This document shows, piece after piece, positions 58,573-64,000 of a stretch of DNA of 64,000 bases; the stretch's first letter is position 1; every line of letters starts with the position of its first letter. The notes beneath the pieces are model-generated. The model did no database searches. It saw only the letters and a list, made by a program, of their open reading frames with translations, and was not told the origin of the DNA. The position numbers were made by a program, and so were the translations under genes. Origin of the DNA: Myxococcota bacterium (lineage in GTDB: Bacteria > Myxococcota_A > UBA9160 > JAFDDA01); contig OZ245817.1 in assembly GCA_965228475.1 (NCBI GenBank), positions 64,001 through 128,000 of the forward strand, in the 5' to 3' direction.

Positions 58573-59696
58573 GCGCCTGCACCTTGCTTGGCGAAGGGGC
58601 CGAGGCCGCGCCGTTCGAGCTCCTCGGTCATCTGCTCTCGGAACACCGCGTTGCGCGCCAGGACGAGCGGGAACATCGCGATGTAGCCGCGCGGCAGGAC
58701 TGGCGCCTCCTCGTGGACGCGCAGCTTCTGGTAGGGGCGTGTGGCGTAGGCGTGGTGGTCGGCGTGGCGCGTCAGGCCGGTGAGCGCGTAGTAGGTGAAG
58801 CGCGAGTGCGTGTCCCAGGAGTCGACGGGGCGCACGCGCGGGCCCGTTCGCTCGAGGCCCCAGTGTTCGAAGTAGTTCACCACCTCGAGGGCGCGGGACG
58901 CGAAGACGGCCTGGAGCAGGAAGCCCGCGAACGCCGCGATGCCCGCGAAGACGCCGATCGCGAGCGCGAGGCTCCACTCGGCGATGACGCCGTGTAGGAC
59001 GCGGTTGCCGAGCTGGCGGCGGTCGAAGATCGGCATGTCCACGTCGCCGAGCCGCTTCGTTTCGAGCCGCCAGGCGCTGCGGAACTGCGCCGGTACGGTG
59101 CGCACGTAGAACTGGGTGAAGGTTTCGCCGAAGCGCGCGGTGGCCGGGTCTTCGGGCGTACCGACCCGCACGTGATGGCCGCGCACGTGCTCGGTGTAGA
59201 AGTGTTCGTACATCACCGTGCAGAGCAGCGCGCGCCCGAGCGTCTGCATGCTGCGGTTCGGGCGGTGGATGAGCTCGTGGGCGACCACGATGCCCGAGTA
59301 GCCCGAGCTCGCGCCCACGAGCAGGACGCCCGCGAGCGTCCCGAGCGAGAAGAAGGCCTGCAGCTCGAAGAACCGCACGAACAGCGCGACGTTCGCGAGC
59401 TGGATCACGAACAGCACGAGGAGCAGGCCGTCGAAGGGCCACGCGGGAAGATCCTCGCGCGGGGCGTGGAGCTGCTTGCCGGTCTTGCGGTCGGCGATCT
59501 GCATCGCGAGGCCGGGGACGAGCACCCAGAGCAGGGCTTCCCAGCGGCCGTGGGGCACAGCCAGCAGGAAGCTCAGGGCCACCAGCGGCAGGAAGAGCGC
59601 CGCGAGGTGCGGCGCGAAGATCCGCAGGGTGGAGGTGAGCGGGAGCCGCTGAGTCGGCTCGGAGGTGGAAAGGGAGGGGGAGGCGTGGTCGGTCAT
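58569..59696 (-). CDS. alkB: Alkane 1-monooxygenase (AlkB-like membrane diiron hydroxylase)
   Basis: HELIH, EHVRGHH, NYFEHWG, LTRHADHHA histidine boxes; EDPATAR. Confidence 0.88.
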   Translation of the reverse strand: MTDHASPSLSTSEPTQRLPLTSTLRIFAPHLAALFLPLVALSFLLAVPHGRWEALLWVLVPGLAMQIADRKTGKQLHAPREDLPAWPFDGLLLVLFVIQLANVALFVRFFELQAFFSLGTLAGVLLVGASSGYSGIVVAHELIHRPNRSMQTLGRALLCTVMYEHFYTEHVRGHHVRVGTPEDPATARFGETFTQFYVRTVPAQFRSAWRLETKRLGDVDMPIFDRRQLGNRVLHGVIAEWSLALAIGVFAGIAAFAGFLLQAVFASRALEVVNYFEHWGLERTGPRVRPVDSWDTHSRFTYYALTGLTRHADHHAYATRPYQKLRVHEEAPVLPRGYIAMFPLVLARNAVFREQMTEELERRGLGPFAKQGAGA

Positions 59697-59713
59697 GGGT
59701 GCTCCGGGCGCTG

Positions 59714-59742
59714 ATTGGTCCAACCAAGATGGTCGGACCAAT
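59714..59742. promoter_or_regulatory. Tandem FadR-subfamily operator boxes
   Basis: ATTGGTCCAACCAAG and GATGGTCGGACCAAT upstream of alkB-gntR. Confidence 0.78.
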
Positions 59743-59780
59743 TGTACCCGAGCCGCCGCTTCCGGCAATCCCGCGCCCGC

Positions 59781-61040
59781 TCAGGCCGCCGGCTTCACCC
59801 GGTAGCGCATCGGGAGCTTCTTCAGGCCGACGACGAAGGCCGAGTGGATCTGCTCGGGCTCGCCCGCGAACTCCGCCCACTCGAGGCGCTTCGCCATCTC
59901 CTGGAGGAGCGCGCGCTGGGAGCGGCGCGCGAGGTTCGCGCCGAGGCAGAAGTGCTGGCCGATCCCGAAGCCGAGGTGCGGGTTCGGCTTGCGGTCGATG
60001 CGGAAGGTGAAGGGGTCGGCCCAGACCTCTTCGTCGCGGTTGGCCGAGGCGTAGAACATGACGAGCCAGTCGCCGGCGCGGAGCTGCTGGCCGCGCAGCT
60101 CGTAGTCCTCCATCACCAGACGTTTCATGTGGTTCACCGGGGAGGTCCAGCGCACGACTTCTTCGACCGCGGAGTCGAGCAGCGCGGGGTCGCCCCGGAG
60201 CTTCTGGAACTGTTCCGGGTTCTCGAGGAAGGCCCGCATGCCGCCGACGAGCGCGTTCTTCGTGGTGTCGTGGCCGGCGGTGAAGGTGATCAGGAAGTAG
60301 CCGAGGGTCTCCATCGGGCCCATGGGCTCGCCGTCGACCTTGCCGTTCGCCAGCACGGTCGCGAGATCGTCCCGCGGGTTCGCCCGGCGGTCCTGGATGA
60401 TCTTGTCGAAGAGCTGGTAGAGCTCCATGCCGAGCTCGAGCATGGCCTTCTGGCGATCCTCGCCCTCGCGCTGGAGGTCGGGGTCGTCGTTGGCGAAGAG
60501 CTGGTTGGTCAGGCGCAGGATGTCCGGCTCGTTCTCGCGCGGCACGCCGAGCATGGTCGAGAGGATGCGCAGCGGGTGGGCCGCGGCGACGTCGTTCGCA
60601 AAGTCGCACTCGCCCTCGCCGGTCTCCCCGGCGAGCCGGTCGACGATGTCGCGCGCGCTCTGCTGGATCACGTCGTCGAGCGCCTTCACGGCCCGCGGCG
60701 TGAAGACCGGGCTCGCGATCTTGCGGATGCCGCGGTGCTCGGGCGGATCCATCTCGATGATGACCCGCATCGCGCCGAAGCCCTGGTTCTGCTCGCGGAT
60801 GATCTCCTCGTCGGACTCCCGGACCATGGCGATGCCCTTGGCCGAGGAGAACTTCCCGGGCTGCTTCGAGATCTCGCAGATGTCCGCGTGCTTGGTGATC
60901 GCCCAGAACGGGGAGAAACCCTTCGGCGTGCAGTGATGCACGGGCGACTCCGCGCGCAGGCGGGTCCAGAGATCGTGGGGCACGCCCTTCTCGGCGTAGG
61001 CGTGCGAGCTGATGAGTTCGTGTCCGTCGGTGATCGACAT
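59781..61040 (-). CDS. Cytochrome P450
   Basis: MDPPEH, AGHDTT, EVVRW (ExxR), FGIGQHFCLG. Confidence 0.95.
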   Translation of the reverse strand: MSITDGHELISSHAYAEKGVPHDLWTRLRAESPVHHCTPKGFSPFWAITKHADICEISKQPGKFSSAKGIAMVRESDEEIIREQNQGFGAMRVIIEMDPPEHRGIRKIASPVFTPRAVKALDDVIQQSARDIVDRLAGETGEGECDFANDVAAAHPLRILSTMLGVPRENEPDILRLTNQLFANDDPDLQREGEDRQKAMLELGMELYQLFDKIIQDRRANPRDDLATVLANGKVDGEPMGPMETLGYFLITFTAGHDTTKNALVGGMRAFLENPEQFQKLRGDPALLDSAVEEVVRWTSPVNHMKRLVMEDYELRGQQLRAGDWLVMFYASANRDEEVWADPFTFRIDRKPNPHLGFGIGQHFCLGANLARRSQRALLQEMAKRLEWAEFAGEPEQIHSAFVVGLKKLPMRYRVKPAA

Positions 61041-61056
61041 GGGTTGGCTCCTCGGC

Positions 61057-62277
61057 CTAGACGCGTTCGATGATGATGGCCGGGGCCATGCCGCCGCCCG
61101 CGCACATCGTGATGAGTCCGACCTGCTTATCCCGGCGTTCGAGCTCATCCAGCGCGGTCCCGACGAGGATCGCGCCGGTCGCGCCGATCGGATGGCCGAG
61201 CGCCATGGCGCCGCCGTTCACGTTGACCTTGTCGCGGTCGAGCTCGAGGTCGCGCTGAAACTTCTCCGAGACGACGGCGAAGGCCTCGTTCACCTCGAAG
61301 AGGTCGATGTCCGAGAGCTCCATACCCGCGCGCTTGAGCACCTTGCGCGCCGCCGGGACCGGCGCGTTCAGCATCAGCGTCGGGCAGTCGCCCATGTTGG
61401 CCGTGGCGACGACCCGCGCGCGCGGCGTGAGGCCGTGCTCTTTGGCGTACTTCTCGCTCGCGATGAGGATCGCCGCCGAGCCGTCGACGACGCCCGAGGA
61501 GTTCCCCGCGTGATGCACGTGCTCGATCTGGAGATCCGGGAACTTCTGGTTCACGAGCTCGCGGAAGGTCGGGTGCCCCTCGGCCCGGTAGTCCGCGACC
61601 TTCTCGAAGCTCGGCGGGAGCTTCGCGAGCGACTCCGCCGTGGTGCCCGGCCGCGGGAACTCCTCGCGGTCGAGGGCGAGCGAGCCGTCGAGGTTGTGCA
61701 CGGGCACGAGCGCCCTGTCGAAACGCCCTTCTTCGATGGCGACGGCCGCGCGGCGCTGGGATTCCGCGGCGTGGGCGTCGAGCGCCTCGCGCGGGATGCC
61801 TTCGAGCGTGGCGATCGAGTCCGCGCAAACGCCCTGGTGCGGCTGCGGGTGGAGCTCGCGCAGGTGCTCGTTCCCGGCGCCCATCACCATCATCCCCTTC
61901 TTGGGGAGCGACATCATCTCCGTGCCGCCGGCGATCACGAGTTCTTCCATCCCGGACATCACGGAGTTGGCCGCGATGTTGGTGGCGGTGATGCCCGAGC
62001 CGCAGAAGCGGTCGAGGGTGACGCCGCTGGCCTTCACGTCGTAGCCCGCGTCGAGGGCCGACATGCGGCCGATGTCGCCCGACTGCTCGCTCACCTGGGA
62101 ACTCGTGCCCCAGACGACGTCGTCGACGTCGGCGGTCTCGAGGCCGTTGCGGTCGCGCAGCGCGCGCAGGACGGTCGATCCGAGGTGTTGCGGGTGGAGG
62201 TGCGCGAGCGCGCCCTTCCCCTGCTTGCCGATGCCGCGGGGGGTCCGGCAGGCGTCGATGATGAAGGCGTCGGGCAT
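61057..62277 (-). CDS. Acetyl-CoA C-acetyltransferase (thiolase)
   Basis: [26 protein letters not shown]. Confidence 0.93.
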   Translation of the reverse strand: MPDAFIIDACRTPRGIGKQGKGALAHLHPQHLGSTVLRALRDRNGLETADVDDVVWGTSSQVSEQSGDIGRMSALDAGYDVKASGVTLDRFCGSGITATNIAANSVMSGMEELVIAGGTEMMSLPKKGMMVMGAGNEHLRELHPQPHQGVCADSIATLEGIPREALDAHAAESQRRAAVAIEEGRFDRALVPVHNLDGSLALDREEFPRPGTTAESLAKLPPSFEKVADYRAEGHPTFRELVNQKFPDLQIEHVHHAGNSSGVVDGSAAILIASEKYAKEHGLTPRARVVATANMGDCPTLMLNAPVPAARKVLKRAGMELSDIDLFEVNEAFAVVSEKFQRDLELDRDKVNVNGGAMALGHPIGATGAILVGTALDELERRDKQVGLITMCAGGGMAPAIIIERV

Positions 62278-62330
62278 CGGGGCTCCTTTTCGGCGCAGGC
62301 GCTGGCCGAGTCTAACTGAATTTATGGAAA

Positions 62331-62348
62331 TCCACTCAAGAAAGTGGA
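62331..62348. promoter_or_regulatory. Palindrome, candidate TetR operator
   Basis: TCCACT-N6-AGTGGA in the divergent thiolase/TetR promoter region. Confidence 0.5.
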
Positions 62349-62360
62349 ATCCTCCCGCCC

Positions 62361-63047
62361 ATGGCCAAACCGTCCACCCCGCGCCCCCCGGCCCGAGGCC
62401 GCCCCCCGCGCGTCACCACCGAGCGCCTCGGGCAGGCCATCCTCGAGATCGAGGGCGAGGTGCCGACCATGGCCGGCCTCGCCCGGGCTCTCGGCGTGAG
62501 CCAGGCCACCCTCTACAACCACGTCCGCGGCCAGGAAGAGCTCCGCCGCCTCTCCGTCGACGTCGTCTTCGACGCCTGGGTGCTGCCGGAGGCGCCCGAG
62601 GGCATCCATTGGTCCCATTGGCTTCTCGCCTTCGCGCGCGACGCCCGCCGCATGGTCGAGCGCTACCCCGCCGTCCGCATCGCGCGGCCCCTGGCCGGCG
62701 GCCCGCTGCGCTACGTCGAGCGCATCCTGGCCCAGCTCACCGCCCTCGGTCTCTCGAGCAGCGAGGCCGCCCATACCTTCATCCAGATCGCGCTGCTGAT
62801 CCTCGGCGTGGGCGTGCAGATCGAAGCGACGCGGACCGCCCAGGCCGAGGCCGGTCTCGATGAATGGGGCCTCTTCCGCGACGCGCTCGCGAACCATCCG
62901 GGTGAGCTGCCGGTCCTCGGCGGGCTCGAGCACGGCGGCCTGCCCAGCCTGAACGCCGCCTTCGACGAGCTCGTCTGGTTCACGCTGACCGGCATCGCGC
63001 GCCGCCGCGGCGAGGTCCTGCCGACCCGGCTTCCCAGCGCTTCGTGA
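62361..63047 (+). CDS. TetR-family regulator
   Basis: GRPPRVT, TMAGLARALGVSQATLYNHV. Confidence 0.87.
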   Translation: MAKPSTPRPPARGRPPRVTTERLGQAILEIEGEVPTMAGLARALGVSQATLYNHVRGQEELRRLSVDVVFDAWVLPEAPEGIHWSHWLLAFARDARRMVERYPAVRIARPLAGGPLRYVERILAQLTALGLSSSEAAHTFIQIALLILGVGVQIEATRTAQAEAGLDEWGLFRDALANHPGELPVLGGLEHGGLPSLNAAFDELVWFTLTGIARRRGEVLPTRLPSAS

Positions 63048-63538
63048 AGATCGTCTGCGAGCAGGTCTACGACTGCGAGCCCGAGGCCTTCTGGGCGCAT
63101 CATCTGGACGAGGCGTCGCGGCGGGCGAAGGAGGTCGAGGGCTGCGGCGCCGTCGCCTTCCGCGTGCTTTCGAAGGAGCGGGAGGGCAAGGCCTGGGTCG
63201 TGCGCTCGGAGCTGGTCGAGGCGCCCGACCTTCCGGGGCCGGTGCGGCGTCTGTTCGGCGAGAGCCTTCGCGCCGAGGAGACCCTGCGGTGGGAGGAACG
63301 CTCGAACACCGCGACCTTCGAACACACGCCGGAGACGCTGCCCGACCGCGTGAAGCTCTCGGGCCGGCTCACCACCGAGCCCCTGGGCGGAGGCCGCTGC
63401 CGAGTCCGGCTCGAGGCGGAGCTCACCGTGAAACTCTTCGGGATCGCGGGCGCCCTCGAGCGCCTGGCCGCCCGGGAGCTTCCGCTGCGCCAGGACAAAG
63501 CCATGGCGTGGTTCAACGCGAACCTCGGCTCGCGCTGA
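63044..63538 (+). CDS. DUF2505 / START-like protein
   Basis: GTGA overlap with TetR stop; size and pattern (LPGPVRRLFG, VKLFGIAGALE) match the family. Confidence 0.65.
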   Translation: MKIVCEQVYDCEPEAFWAHHLDEASRRAKEVEGCGAVAFRVLSKEREGKAWVVRSELVEAPDLPGPVRRLFGESLRAEETLRWEERSNTATFEHTPETLPDRVKLSGRLTTEPLGGGRCRVRLEAELTVKLFGIAGALERLAARELPLRQDKAMAWFNANLGSR

Positions 63539-63561
63539 ACCGCGCGGAGTAGAATGGGCCC

Positions 63562-64000
63562 ATGATGAAACGTGTATTCGTCGGTGTGGCCGTCGTCGGC
63601 CTCCTCTTCCTCGGATTGCTCGCCCTGCTCGGAAGCGGTGTGCTCGGCCAGCGCTGGGGAGCCGGCGAGGTGCAGGGCACCGCCTTGCCCGCGGACGAGG
63701 TGACGGCGCGCGCCGTGCGCCAGGCCATCGGCGGCGCAGGCGTCGGCCGAAGCGACGCGAAGCAGATCCTGTTCGGCGACCTGCACGTTCACAGCACCTT
63801 TTCGCTCGACGCCTTCCTGATGGCGCTTCCGATGGCCGGCGGCGAGGGCGCCCACCCCGTCGCCGCCGCCTGCGACTTCGCGCGCTTCTGCGCGCAGATC
63901 GATTTCTGGTCCATCAACGATCACGCCGTCGCCCACAGCCCCGAGACCTGGGCCGAGACCGTCGAGTCGATCCGGCAGTGCGACGCCACCGCCGACCCCG
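63562..64000 (+). CDS. DUF3604 family protein (3'-truncated by window edge)
   Basis: N-terminal TM; ILFGDLHVHSTFSLDAF, CDFARFC..IDFWSINDHA. Confidence 0.85.
   Translation, partial: MMKRVFVGVAVVGLLFLGLLALLGSGVLGQRWGAGEVQGTALPADEVTARAVRQAIGGAGVGRSDAKQILFGDLHVHSTFSLDAFLMALPMAGGEGAHPVAAACDFARFCAQIDFWSINDHAVAHSPETWAETVESIRQCDATADP

Overview
High-GC, gene-dense bacterial chromosome segment. The gene content (DUF3604, CehA/McbA-type hydrolase, PEP-CTERM and Gly-Cys-TM-Arg tails, many lipid/aromatic catabolic enzymes) suggests a Myxococcota-like Gram-negative organism; this is inference only. In order, the window holds: acyl-CoA dehydrogenase and acyl-CoA ligase; a lower-GC two-gene insert (about 3.0-4.4 kb) behind a 23-bp GTAG-hairpin; a FadR-type regulator with ferritin-like diiron and TauD oxygenases; an MFS/PPOX/TetR unit; a 12.6-kb cell-surface protein cluster (14.7-27.3 kb); a haloalkane dehalogenase; an aromatic ring-cleavage cluster; four polysaccharide-modification genes; an array of small VOC/ABM/GNAT genes; three tRNA-Ser genes; TonB and a ZnuD-like receptor; DAHP synthase; an igr-like MaoC/MaoC/Ltp2/DUF35 operon; and AlkB, P450 and thiolase. 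The surface cluster contains two lipoproteins, a PEP-CTERM protein and two large proteins sharing Cys/Asp repeats and a GCGLxGxEAL-hydrophobic-RRR C-terminal tail, one being a beta-propeller/di-heme cytochrome c fusion. The best candidates for undescribed biology are that shared C-terminal sorting signal with its surface-protein cluster, and the foreign two-gene module at 3375-4241. No CRISPR array, rRNA, integrase or transposase was seen. All product calls come from motif recognition by eye; no database searches were run.
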